This document shows, piece after piece, positions 1 to 16,785 of a stretch of DNA of 64,000 nucleotides (positions within the stretch are counted from its first letter, which is position 1; every line of letters starts with the position of its first letter). The position numbers and the translations under genes were made by a program. Origin of the DNA: the human T2T-CHM13v2.0 reference genome, Homo sapiens; NCBI RefSeq assembly GCF_009914755.1, contig NC_060925.1, one strand, 5' to 3'. Below the pieces are notes generated by a model, which had not been told where the DNA came from, searched no databases, and saw nothing but the letters and a program-made list of their open reading frames with translations.

Positions 1-566
1 GAATGAGCCAGTTAGACACTCAAACTGGGTCCCCATCTGCAACATAGGATGGCAATGCTTGCCTCCTTCCACTGGTAGGGTCACTGAGGCTGGCCAGAGC
101 CTGGCACACCAAGGAGACCAGAAAGTCATGGGAGCATCTGGCAGACCCCTTGGAGGGCAGAGGTCAGGTATTGTGAGTAGCCAAGGAGGATTTTTAAAAA
201 TGTTTTCTAGTGAAGACATGAATTCTAAGCTTAGGGAAAAAATACGATCATTTGCCTTTCAGGCCAGCTGTACCCAGACTCCCAGACCATGAGGAGAACC
301 TATGTGCCCCAACTCGGCCACACAACAATCAGCGCAGCACGGCCTTGCTCACTTCTGGGTGTCCTCAGCTAATGATGCTTCTATATAAGAGGAGGATGCT
401 ACAGACTTCAAATGACAATAGGATGCTTGCGGGGCTGGGTGCATGTACCAAATCCCCAGAGGACTCTGTTGGGGCTTAGTCTGTGGCCAAGTTTACAGCC
501 AACTCTATGGCCTATAAGGGGCTCAGTCTGGGGTAACAGGAGGAGTCGATTCACTCTACACACTCA

Positions 567-863
<297 letters not shown>

Positions 864-1225
864 CTAGGTACAAAAGATTCCTCCTGAGGCCACACTGCCA
901 GGGATGGGCAGGATGTGCCTGTCATTGTTTTGATCAACCGGCTTCAATTGATCTCAGCTGTAGCTGCAGCTCATGGCTTGGGGATGCCACAGACTGGGGC
1001 CTCTTCCCAGACTCACCCCGCACTGTCCCCTAGATGATCAAACTATATAGAATGCCCTTGGCAGGCCAGGATGGCTATGCCCTTGGTGGGCTGGATGGGT
1101 GATGAGTGGAGATCACCCATAGAACAAAGCCCAAATTCCTTGGCTCTTCCTAGAGGACTCTCTGTGAACCTCTCAGGCCTCATCTCCCACTACCACCGAC
1201 CTACTACTCCACTCTTCCTTCCTAG

Positions 1226-1648
<423 letters not shown>

Positions 1649-1841
1649 TCAGGCATGATCTTCTAACAATCCTGCCCTGAACTCCCAGCTGGGCGGAGTG
1701 TCTGATTATCTCTATTTTACCTTGTGGCCACCGTGACAGGAGCGGGAGAGGGCACTATGAGCCCCCATCCCGATCAGGAACGCTCTCCCAGCCCAGTCCT
1801 GCTTGGCATCCCCCAACCACACTGACCCCTAGCAGGGTCTA

Positions 1842-2117
<276 letters not shown>

Positions 2118-2983
2118 TTACAGCAGAGGGGATGGCAGAGAGCAGACTGTGATGGGACTGGAGCAGGAGGCTGGAAGGATGAGATACAGATCAGGAAGGC
2201 CAGCCAGTGAGCCGCCTGATGCCACCAAGGCATCTGCAGACTGAGCTCCATCATTTTCCATCATCCAGAGGAGCAGTTCAGGTCACCTTATCCTTCCAGT
2301 TCCTCCTCCAGTAGGCAAAGACCCTTGGCCAAGAAGTTCCAGGAATCTCCCCCTGCTTCAGCTTCCTATAAACAGATATTTCATGTACAGGTACTTAAAT
2401 GCACCAAGAATGTGGCTCTGGAAGGAGATCCAGTTCCACACAGCAAGATTTCTTAAAGTGAATCCTGTCGTGCTCCCCTGCTAGCTCAGAGCAGGAAGTG
2501 TAACAATTAAGAGACCGTCAAAGCTACAAAGCTCTTAGAACAAATCCAACCTTCCCACCCCTCCCATTTATAGATGGCAAGGGCAAGGCCAAGAACGGGA
2601 CAGGGATCTGTTTGAGCACATCAATGGCAGCCCTAGGACCAGAATCCAATATTCCTTTCTCTCACCCTTGTGTAGAAAGCGGCTGATAGGAATAAAACAC
2701 GTTCTTTTTGCTCCACTCTTCATTATTTCAGGCTCACCAAGAAACAACCACCTCCCGCCTCCACACACCCTGCAAAACTAATTTGACTGAAAGATGGTAA
2801 GTGTTCTCAAGAGAGGATATTTTCTTTGTTATTGTCAATTAGAATTAATGACTTTGAAAACAAGGTAGTCCAGTGTGTTAGAAGCTAAGAAAGAAACATT
2901 CCTGATAATGTTGTTTAGAATAAGATACAACACAGGCATATTAAATATGCCCTTAAAGGGCATGTCTTAAAAGGGTTATTAGG

Positions 2984-3289
2984 GGCCAGGCGTGGTGGCT
3001 CACGCCTGTAATCCCAGCACTTTGGGAGGCCGAGGCGGGTGGTTCACAAGGTCAGGAGATCGAGACCATCCTGGCTAACATGGTGAAACCCCGTCTCTAC
3101 TAAAAATACAAAAAATTAGCCAGGCGTGGTGGCGGGCGCCTGTAGTCCCAGCTACTCGGGAGGCTGAGGCAGGAGGATGGCATGAACCCAGGAGGCAGGA
3201 GGATGGCATGAACCCAGGAGGCAGAGCTTGCAGTGAGCCGAGATCACGCCACTGCATTCCAGCCTGGGCAACAGAGCAAGACTCTGTCT

Positions 3290-3334
<45 letters not shown>
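2984..3334 (+). mobile_element. AluY with internal 26-bp tandem duplication and ~44-A tail
   Basis: TSD AAAAGGGTTATTAGG at 2969-2983 and 3331-3345. Confidence 0.95.
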
Positions 3335-3337
<3 letters not shown>

Positions 3338-3521
3338 TTATTAGGAAAATTTACTTGTGAAGCATACAAATCTCAAAAGAATCATAATTATACTCTATTA
3401 GTTATACAAGAGATGTTTTAGGAAGAAGTAGCTCCAAGCAGCACCATCTGGTCATGAAATGTGAAATCAGAGAAGCAAACAGGCTAACTTGGCCAAGCGA
3501 TCCCATGTGCATATAGCCTGA

Positions 3522-4047
<526 letters not shown>

Positions 4048-4289
4048 AGCCTGTGCTTATAGATATAATTTGTCTCTTCATCAGCAGAGAGGACCCAACC
4101 CAACTAACAGTCCAAGTGTCAGTTTCGTTAGCAACTAAGGGGTCAGGGGAGGCTTGAGAGCCACGAACACAGAGCAGCAAGCAAAATGATCACTCAGGCA
4201 GCAGGAAGATAGGTCCACTTGGTTTTCCATCCTTAACCCTCTGTTCTGGACCTCCCAGCTCTGGATCAGGGAAACACTCCAAATACTTA

Positions 4290-4529
<240 letters not shown>

Positions 4530-4825
4530 TCATGTTTGCTCTCCGGAGGTTAACAAGAAGTCCCCTGAGGATTTCTTCCCAAGTGTCTTATTCCCTGAGC
4601 TCTCTTATTTCCCATCTAAGGGAAAAATGGGTGGACTATTTGGTGTCAGATTATTGTGAACTCAGACTAAAGGAAGTATGGAACTCTTGCTGGCAAATGA
4701 TGGTACAGGTTGCAGCACAGCAGCTAGGGAAGTTACTGTGTACTCCTGAGAGACAGACTTCTTGCAGCCCATTCAGTGGAGTGTAAAGGAGCTTGCAGTA
4801 AAACCTCTGACCGCCTCAGGTGGCT

Positions 4826-4943
4826 TAGGGTGACCAACTTGTCTTGGGTGGCTTGCTTGGGACTTGATCAGTTTAAACACGGAAACTCCTGCGTTCCAGG
4901 AAACCCCTCAAGCCTGGGAAAACTGGGATGGTTGGTCACCGTA
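4826..4943. mobile_element. hAT-Blackjack MITE (MER94-like)
   Basis: TIRs TAGGGTGACCAAC / GTTGGTCACCGTA, near-duplicated flank AGGTGGC. Confidence 0.75.
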
Positions 4944-5234
4944 GGTGGCATCAACACAGTAACCAAGTCCACCAGAACTGGATGCTGTGCCTGAGACCAC
5001 AGACAGGTGCCTCATCTCTGGAGCCAACCAGGAAGGCAGTTTGGGTGCACACATGAGAATGGATGAGAATGGCCTACATGGCATGTAAGCAGCACAGCGA
5101 GTGAACTAAATGCTGGTTCTCTGAGACCCATGTCCTTGCCGGGAAGCCTGGGCAAGTCCCTCGACTTCTTTCTCCCCTTCCTTCCTCCCTCCCCTTTTCT
5201 CTATTTTTTCTTCTTTTCTTTTTCCTTTAGCCTC

Positions 5235-6240
5235 TTATTAGTGGTAAAATATAAAGCATAAAATATGAGATTTTAGCCATTTTTAAGTAGACAGTTTAGT
5301 GGTATTAATTAAGTACATTCACAGGGTTGTGCAACCATCACCACGATCTGTTTCTAAAACTTTTCCATCACTCCAAACAGAAACTCTATACGCATTAAGC
5401 AATAACTCCCATTCTTTCTTCCCCTAGCCCTGGGTAACTTCCAATCTGACTTTATTAATTAAGACTTTCTGTCTTTATTAATTTGCCCATTCCAGATATT
5501 TCATATAAGTAGATTTACACAATATTTGTCCTGTTATGTTTGGCTTATTTCACTTAGCATAATGTTTTCAAGGTTCATTCATGTTGCAGCATGTATCAAA
5601 ACCTCATTCCATTTTATGGCTGACTAGTATTCCATTGAATGTATGTACCACATTTTGTTTATCTGTTCAGCTGCTGATGACCACTTGAGTTGTCTCTACC
5701 TTTTTGGCTGTTGTGAACAATGCTGTAATGAATACTGCTATACAAGTATCTGTTTTCAATTGTTTTGGGTAATACCTAGGAGTGGAATTGCTGGGTCATA
5801 TGGTAATTCTGTGTTTAGCCTTTGAGGAACCGCCAAACTTTTCCACAGAAGCTGCACCATTATATAATCTCACCAGCAATGTATGAGGGTTACGATTTCT
5901 CCATAACCGTAACAACACTTACTATTTTCCATTTTTTAAATTACAGCCTACCTAGTAGTATGTGGTGGTATCTCATTGTGGTTTTGACTTGCATTTCCCT
6001 AATGACTAAGGATGTTGAGCATCTTTTCATGTACTTGTTGGACATTTGTGTACCTTATTTGGAGAAATGTCTGTTCAAGTCCCGTGTCCATTTTTAAATT
6101 GGTTTGTCTTTTTGTTGTAGAGTTTTAGGAATCCTTTATATATTTTGGATATTAAACCTTGACCAGATATATGATCTGCAAATATTTTCTCACATTCTGT
6201 AGATTGTCTTTTCACTTTCTTGATAGATAATGTCCTTTGA
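5235..6240 (-). mobile_element. Old L1 (L1MB-like) 3' portion
   Basis: Typical antisense L1M text (ggaattgctgggtcatatggtaattct, gatgttgagcatcttttcatg). Confidence 0.88.
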
Positions 6241-6252
6241 AACTTAACCTCT

Positions 6253-6616
6253 CTTTTTCTTAAGAGACAGGGGTCTCACTATATCACCCAGGCTGGCCTC
6301 AAACTCCAGGCTCAAGCAATTCTCCTACCTCAGCCTCCTGAGTAGCTGGGACTACAGGCATGCAACCGCTGTGACCAGCTAATTTTTAAATTTTTTGTGG
6401 AGATGGGGTCTCGCTTTGTTGCCCAGGCTGTTCTTAAGCTCCTGGCCTCAAGGGATCCTCCTGCCTCAGCCTCCCGAAGTGTTGGGATTATAGGCGTGAG
6501 CCACTGCCTGGTCCCAATTATTCCTCTCTTTCGCCTTGCCTTTCCTCACGTTCTTGTTATGAGACAGAATCTCTGCTGCCCAGGCTGGAGTGCAGTGGTG
6601 CAATCATGGCTCACTG
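6253..6616 (-). mobile_element. Degenerate AluJ/FLAM pieces
   Basis: Diverged reverse Alu arms. Confidence 0.75.
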
Positions 6617-7074
6617 GCTATACATGTTTCCTAACTTGAGTTTCAGTTTCCTCGTCCATAAAATGAAGGTAATAATAGTATCTACCTCATGATATTTCAT
6701 AAACACTAAATAAATGTAAGTGCCTGGCACAATGTAAGCACTCAAGAAGTGTTCACTGTAATTATTAGTAGTAATCATCATAATAATGATAAATTATAAA
6801 GGTCTACGACAGAATCAGTGACAGAAGTCACAAGATCTTATTTGAGCGAATCCATTATTATTCCCCATAAAAGAGTTGTGAGTAGCAGACTGACTCATTC
6901 ATTCAAGGCCACCCCTTATTTATGAGCCGCGGCTTCATCCAGACCACAATATATATGCTCTTGAATACACACATGTATATACACGCAGAGCTGTGAACGT
7001 GGGCCCCAACACCACCAGTGCCTAAATCTCTCCTAATAAACACAGAATTTGTCAAATTCATACACTTCCGTTTA

Positions 7075-7585
<511 letters not shown>

Positions 7586-7715
7586 TCACATGTCCAAGAC
7601 GATCAGTTCAAGTTGGTGTCTGAGGCCAACGGAACTGCTAACAATCCATCCTGAAAGCAAGGGTGGCTTCCTCGGTAAGTATAAACTATAACATTCCAAA
7701 TCAGGCCCAAAGTAC

Positions 7716-7771
7716 CTTTTCTGGAGATTCACACAATATATTTTCTGGTTTCAGATCACGATGAGCAATGC
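7716..7771 (-). CDS. MKNK1: MKNK1 exon 9 (GIAHRDLKPENILCESPEK, catalytic loop)
   Basis: tcAG|GC acceptor, AAG|GTACTT donor, 56 nt phase 1-0; HRDLKPEN read directly (too short for the ORF track). Confidence 0.97.
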
Positions 7772-8361
7772 CTGACATGACAAAGAGCAAAAAAATGGTT
7801 AACATATGCAGATAATTATCAAACATTCCACACACAATTAATTTTTTCCAAATGCTGTAGTTCGCAGATTAATTCCCAATTATGGTACATTAAAAAATCA
7901 ACGAGCTGCAGGAGGCAGAAGTAACCAGCGACACAAACCAAAAGCACAGTTGATTCTGCGGGTTCTTTTGAAGAGGAGGCTTTAGAAGTCTGGCAGGGAT
8001 AAGAAGGGCTAAATGAATCCCAGCCAGCCTACCCCTCAGTACCACAGTGACCACCAAGAAGAAGGCCTAATGCAGAGCAGAGCAGAGAGCTCTGCAAACG
8101 GCAATGCTTGGAACAGCAATGCAGAAATAATTAGTGCCTTGTTTAAGAGCATCTCAGGGGGCTTAACTGCTCTACCTCATTTCTTCTTGTGTGGCCGATT
8201 TAAAAAAAAAAATTCCTTCAGTGCGACTGTCTGAATGTTCAGAGGAGCAAGTGTTAGTTACCAAATCTCCCAAAGTGACCTATTCCCTTCTCACCTGCTT
8301 TGCATGTCTAAGGCAGCCCTGCCAGCAGCAGAGCAAAGACCGCTTTGGCACCAGGATGCTG

Positions 8362-8495
8362 TTATTTTTGTTTTTTAAAATAGAGATGGAGTCTCGCTAT
8401 AGCCAGGCTGTTCTTGAAATCCTGGCCTTAAGCAATCCTCCTCCCTTGGCCTCCCTAAGCATGGGGATTACAGGTGTGAGCCACCTCGCTAGGCC
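8362..8495 (-). mobile_element. FLAM / Alu left monomer
   Basis: Single reverse Alu arm. Confidence 0.75.
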
Positions 8496-10534
8496 CACTG
8501 AGGGTTGCTGTTTTTAAGAGAAAACCTCCGCACTTTGGCCAGGCCTCCTGAAGGCGACTGGAGATAGCAGCTTAGCCCATGAGGGGTTAACCTGCTGACC
8601 TGGCCAAGAAGGCACCTCGGGGAGAGCCCTCTTCTAACCAAAGAAAGGGACAAAGAACTAACTCTGGGTCATGGTGTTTTGGTGGAGGACACAGAAACCT
8701 CCCTTTTGTCTTTCCTTCCACAGCACATGCAGCACAGAGACAGGGCTGGAAGGCTGAGCAAGAGTCAGAGCTACAGTTGGAAGTATTGGAAAGCGGCAGC
8801 GGATTCTCGGGGTGATGGGAAAAGCAAAATCTGCTTCACTAAAACTCCGTCGGTGATCAACTTTTTCAGCAGTCCTCCGATTCCCGACTAGAAGGCAAAA
8901 GCCTGGCCCAGGCCACGGGAGGCACTTCACTAAAGAAGAAAAACCTGAGCTCCAGCAAGCTCAGTAACTTCATCAGTCACCTAATTGAACGAGAACCCAG
9001 AGCAACTCAGTCCAGGCTGCACAAATTGAGTAGCACTGCTCTGCAGCTCGCTGCACTAAAAGTGGAAGATATTTTCCATTACAGCAAGTGCTCCCACAGA
9101 AGGATCACGAGCCACACACGGAGCCTTACTCTCCAAATAGGCGCCCATGGCCCAGTCGTCCCTTAGCCTAAGAACTCAGAGAGCCAGGCTGTAATAATGG
9201 GGCTGCCGTGTGAGCACAGCAGCCATCGAGCTGCTCCGGTTCACTTCCCAGAGGTTGAGCTGCAGTGTGTCCAGTATTTAAAAGTATGGAACTTGTTTCA
9301 GGGCTGACCCATTCTTGCCCAATTCATCTTCCCCGTGTGAAGTTATTTAGCAAACAGCCAAGTTCAGCTGGAAATCGTTTTTCATCCCCTCCAACTTCTA
9401 GTCACATGGGCAGCTGGCCAGCTACATGTTAACAAGCGCCTCAGAACTCCTAAGACACCACCGGCCTCTGTTCCCTTCAGTGCATTCTTGTAAATAAATA
9501 AATAATAAAACCTGCCTTTACCACCCCCTCCAAGGTGTGGATCTTGTAAAAAGCGTGACCCAGTTTTGCAATCTACAGAGGCAGCTTGGGGAGCAGTTGT
9601 AAATCTTTGTCAGGCAGGTGTTACCTCTATGCATCCCAGCTTTCAGAAACAGAGCTGATGCTATTCATCATGCTGCGGAAGGTACAGACACCCCCTTCTA
9701 GTTTTCATCCTAGGTGCAAGTCAGGGCCCCAACATGGGCACTGTCAGTATGCAGACCTCTTTCAGCCACTGGAGGAGGGAGGTGGGGTCAATGAACCTGA
9801 ACCTCCTGGACATGCGCCACACTGGTCTGCACCGGATTGTGGGCACCAGGTGGGATGTGTGAGTGGCATGCCTACCACTGGTCCCGGGCACCCACAACCA
9901 ACATGGCTGGCCAACATCCGCAACAGCAGAGGGGGCAGACCTAAGTCACAAGTTATTCATTTCACTCCCACCCCCAACAGGCAGAATGCTTTAAGGGAAT
10001 TAATATTAGGAATAAAAATGCTTTCTTCCTGGTGGGAGGTGAGGATGGAGGAAATCGTTATTTATTGAAGAACTATGACATACCAGGAACTATGCTCCAT
10101 CTATGCTGCACATATACAATACAAACACAAGATACACATTTTTCATCTATAAAAAGCTTAGAATAGTGCCTAGCACATACCAAGTGCTATATAGTGTTAA
10201 CTACAGTCGATGATGTTATTATCTCAAATTCTCACCATAGGGTAGGCATTATTACTGAGAGAACACATAGCTAGAAGAAAAGTGAAACCAGAATTCATTT
10301 TTTCCAGGGTACTGCTGTTAGGCAAATTTAAAAAAAAGTATGTAATAGTCAAACAGATTTATGGAAATGTAAAAACAATTTGTGGAAAGATTTAATTCAC
10401 TACAAAAGTTCCTGAATAATCAGTCATAGGAAAGGGGCTGTAACCTGAAGCGTAAATCAAATACTAGTAACCTGTGAGTTACCAATGTGCTTTTCAACAG
10501 ATACCTCAAATGTACATGTTAATAGAAAAGTATA

Positions 10535-10842
10535 AGCTGGGCACAGTGACTCACACCTGTAATCCCAGCACTTTGGGAGGTTGAGGCAGGAGGATCGCTT
10601 GAGCCCAGGAGTTTGAGACCAGCCTGGGCAACAGAGGGAGACCCCATCTCTACAAAAAAATACAAAAATTTCCAGGTGGTGGCACACACCTGTAGTCCCA
10701 GCTACTTGGGAGGCTGAGGTGGGAGGATCACTGGAGCCCAGGGAGGTTGGGGCTGCAGTGAGCCCTGATGGCGCCATAGCACTCCAGCCTAGGTGACAGA
10801 GAGAGACTTTGTCTAAAAAGGAAAAAAAAGGAAAAAGAAAAA
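10535..10842 (+). mobile_element. AluJ (antisense to MKNK1; right arm exonised)
   Basis: AluJ-type positions (ggatcgcttgagccc, ggctgcagtgagc). Confidence 0.93.
10690..10812 (-). CDS. MKNK1: MKNK1 Alu-derived cassette exon 8 (41 codons, [41 protein letters not shown])
   Basis: ttttAG|AC acceptor in antisense Alu poly-T, CAG|GTGTGT donor, 123 nt phase 1-1, stop-free; matches the insert I recall in the 465-aa MNK1 isoform. Confidence 0.88.
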
Positions 10843-11219
10843 TAGATTTTTCATTTACTGTGAACAAGATATATTAAACTACATATATCCTATCATGCCA
10901 ATTTTGAAAAGAGACAGAGGTGATGTATATTTTAAGACTAGAAGGAATAACATCAAGATATTCACACTAAGAAGGTTGTATTGTGTATGAGCTTTATATT
11001 CCTCACACGATAAGAATCTAAGAAAAGAAACATCATCCACACACAGTCACACATACCCTGTTCAATGTGAAATTTATTCTTTCTCCTCCCTGCTCTTTCT
11101 CCTGTATCCCTGTGCTGCTCAACAGCTTCACCACCCACCCACCATCCGCAGCATAAGCCTAGGAGCCATCCTGGACTGTTTCTCCCTCAACTCCCATGGG
11201 TGAGCATGTTCACACCTCA

Positions 11220-11790
<571 letters not shown>

Positions 11791-12953
11791 GTATAACTTC
11801 TTAGAGGCCAAGTTTTCCCAAGTTTGGAAAACTTGGGGTGGGGACATAGGGATTCATCGCTGACTCATCACTACCTGTCCAGCTCCAAGTGTGGGGCCTG
11901 GTACGGAGGAGGTACCAGCTTGTATGTCTGTTAAACAAAACTGGACTACTCTCTTCTGTACCTGTCTATGAGGAGCTCAGAAGCGAGAGAGAACAACTAT
12001 AAATAGGGCCAAAAAACACTAATGATGCTGAGGCTGATTTGGCTTCTGCAATCAAAAGGAATAAAACTGAAGGCACTTGGAGCTGAGGGGGCCTTTCTGC
12101 AGCAACGTTTTCTCCCCTGCATCTGATCTCTGATCCAAACAAGAGCACAAACTTTCAAATGGAAATGCCACACCCTTGCCAGACATGTAAAGGCCTGGGA
12201 AAAGGGGGGAAAAATGGGTTTTCCGCCTGAGCTTTCCCATTCATTATTGTTTTGTTGGCAATGGCTAACATTTACTGAGTAGTTACTAGTGCCATGTGCT
12301 ATGGAATACTCTTGAAATAAACTGTCTTATTCTCACCACAATTGGACAAAATGGGTAGTACACTTATTCTCGTTTTACAGAGGGAGATCCTGAAGCCAAA
12401 AAGAAAAATGGTTGAGCAACTTGCCCAAGATTACGCACCAGTAAGGGGTGAGGCCAGGACTTAGGCCCAGGGCGTCAGTCAGGCCTCCGAGTCTGTGCAG
12501 ACATCCCCCAGCAGGACTTGTGGTCTGACTGCTGCAGGGATGGACTCTCTTGAGCCAACCACACTGGGTCTGGCCTCAATAAGCTACATTAAGTTTACTG
12601 ATATGGCGACAGAGGATCCCATCTGCATGTAGCATTTCAAACATGTAATTAACAGTCAGTCATGTGTTATTGGGTGGTGCAGGGGCAGACACAGGCAGGA
12701 ACATGTGGCTTGGCTTCATGTGGTTTATGTTTACTACTAGAAGCCAGCATTTCTGGGCTGAAGGTATTATCTCTCTGTCCTAAAAATGGCACATGTCTAC
12801 TGTTTTTTAGGGGGGATGGGGAGGGCATGAGAGAAGGGGAAGAACTGCCAAAGATTGTTCGCTTGCCAGATTAAACAACGGATCCCAATGTGCTAGGGAA
12901 CATTCCCAGAAAACCGGCTCATGACTAGGTCCTAGCTTGCTCTGCTGTAGTGA

Positions 12954-13605
<652 letters not shown>

Positions 13606-14208
13606 ACCACCAAGCCCCTCCGTGTGGCCCTCCATGCAGTTCCAGACATCCCTGCAAGTGTGTCCTAAGATTGGGGGAGTGATGCGAAGGGAAAGGGTTT
13701 CTCTACCCCACCTCATTATGTCAGAAAAGCAACTTAAGTATACACCCCAGTGATTATGTGTGTGGGTGATGGCATCTTTCCATCTGAAGGATGGCACATT
13801 CTCAGGCTTCCCCTTTATCCTGGGTCTGTGTCCCAAACAATAGGACCCTCCTCTCCTCTGTTTTAGCCTTTCTAGACTTCGCAATGTATTTGAGAGCTTC
13901 CACCCCATAATTAATGTAGTTAAACAGTGAACATGTCAAAACGGGATTGATAAATCGATGACTAAATGTATCTATATATGACTCCTATTATAATGAAAAG
14001 GCATTTATAAAATACCCACACAGGTGACATTCTAAGCTCTGCAAAATGCTAATTATCATCCTTCCCTCCGGCCTCCCTTCTCCCAAATCAAGGGCAGTTT
14101 TTAAGTCCTTCATCCTTTTTATTAGCTTGACTCGTTTTGGAAGTCTCTGGGATTCATGATGGATGATCACCACCCTGGGTCTTAATCAGAAGTCCACACA
14201 CATACTCA

Positions 14209-14346
<138 letters not shown>

Positions 14347-15846
14347 TTAAAGTCTACTTACAAATATACAATGAAAAAAATATACAACACCTGGTAGTGG
14401 GGCAGAAACCAACTTGAAATCAGAATGCTTATTAAAGACCCGCGTATGGAAGCAGCCAATGGTGTTAGCAAGATTCAGGTCACCTTATCTTTCCATAATG
14501 TTTAGTCTCTGGTGTTTTCACCAAGTCTGTGCTGTCAAACCCCAGCCCTAAAACCCACTAGGTAGAGTTATAAAAAAGTCCCGGTCACATTAAACTGAAT
14601 AAAATCTGCAGCCGACTGGAAGCAATTGCGGCTAATAACACTGAATACTAGGTGTGTGTCCTGGAGGCAAGCAGCAAATAATTACTTGCCCTCCCTCTTG
14701 CCCATAAATCACGGGGCAGTATTTACATTGCCTGGAGAAAATGGAAACATCTGTCAAATGGACTTGGGGCCTAACATGGGCACCGCTAGACCCTAACTGC
14801 TAAGCGCTGCTTAATGAAACGGCCGCGTTCCTGGCCACTGTAGCACTTGTGGCCTTCCCCGGTGAGCACTCTCTGTCTGCCCGAGTATTTCAGTGCTCTG
14901 CCAACAAGGTCGTCTTGTAACTCAGTAGGGAAGCCACCAGCCTGGATATTGGAGGTGTTGTGGGCTTTTTTTCTTTTACAAAATAAAATAAACCAAGTAG
15001 AGTCTCTAATGCTGAACTAAGAAGCTGCAGGGCTGAAAATAAAAATCTGTCCCTCATAAAAAAAATGCTGACTACTTTGGGAGATATGAGGCTTTTACTA
15101 GTGTGAAGGCATCCAAATAAGATGGGCAAAATGGCCTAATTTGAAAGAAGATTGTGGAGGCAGTGCCTGGAGTTAAATCAACAGCAGCCCCCGTCCTCCA
15201 ATCCTCCAAGCTTAATGACAAAGCCATCAATACCAGGCCACTGGCTCCCTGCTGACCCTACCGTGGAGGGAGAGAGGGGGAAGTGGAGTCTTAGAGGTGC
15301 CCCTGATTTAAAGCCACAGTGGGAGAGCTGCTCATTTGGAGCTGGTGGTGGGCAGAATGAACTGGGGCTAGAGATGAGCCGGACCCAGCTATCTGGAAGG
15401 TTCCAGGATCTTAGTGGTATCTGCACATATGTAAACATTCTAGGAGCAGAAACAGCAGCAAATATTCTTAACAGTTCTCCTCATCTTGGTATTAAGGCAA
15501 GTCCTTAAAGATTTCTACCAGGCAACACTCAGTCAACCTAGTTTCCACAGGTACCGAAAGAAATAAAACCCCATTTCCCCCCAACAACCACTGATTCAGA
15601 TAGTTCATTCTTCTAACTTGCTTGAATTGATGATATTTACAGTATTTCAGAAGAGATAATAGCTCCTTTGCTGTTACTGCTGCTTTTCCTTTCTCTCCCT
15701 AACACTGAAAGGGGCGGAAGGAGGTACCTGCCTTGTGGGGACAGGAGTGAGAGCTAAATGCTGGAGTCAGGAGATGGTAAGAAATAGCCTCCTCTTCTGT
15801 GGCCAAGCGTCCCCCCAGAGAAGCAGCGAGAATCACATGATACTCA

Positions 15847-15948
<102 letters not shown>

Positions 15949-16468
15949 TCATGTACACCCACCTGACTTCCAAACAGCCCTTTGGCAGGAGTCCTCTGGG
16001 AGAATGCAAGGCCACACTCAGTCCAAATCCAGTGTCCAGCAGAAGTCTGGCCTAGGCCTTGGTGACACCGGCACTGTGGCTCTGTTGGCAAAGCAGCAGA
16101 CTGGCCTCAGGGCTTTCCAGCTCAGCTGAGCCCATTCCACTCTGGCCAAGCACAACACCAAGGAAGTGAATGAGGCTGCTGCCCCCAGCTGCCCAGGGGA
16201 GACTGAGGCAGCCGGCAAGACAAAGAGCTACCTTACTCAGCTCCACCTCCTGTGGACACCTCTTTCTGCCTTAAGGGTAAGCATTTACTGCATCTACTGA
16301 AGGATCTTCTCATGCTGGAGGGAGAGGCTGATGCAGGACACCGTGGCGAGGAGCTAAAGCTTTGACACCCAGCTCAGAGGCTGCCTCCACGATCCCCCTG
16401 GCAGAAGTAGGCTCTTCCTCTTCTGAGAACTTACTCTCTGGCAGATACTGTGTTAAATGATTTATTTA

Positions 16469-16785
<317 letters not shown>

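Noticed and set aside
5643-6097. Hydrophobic ORFs
   Set aside because: Antisense reading of an old L1
11810-11834. Inverted repeat AAGTTTTCC...GGAAAACTT
   Set aside because: A 9-bp stem is unremarkable in 64 kb; not miRNA-like
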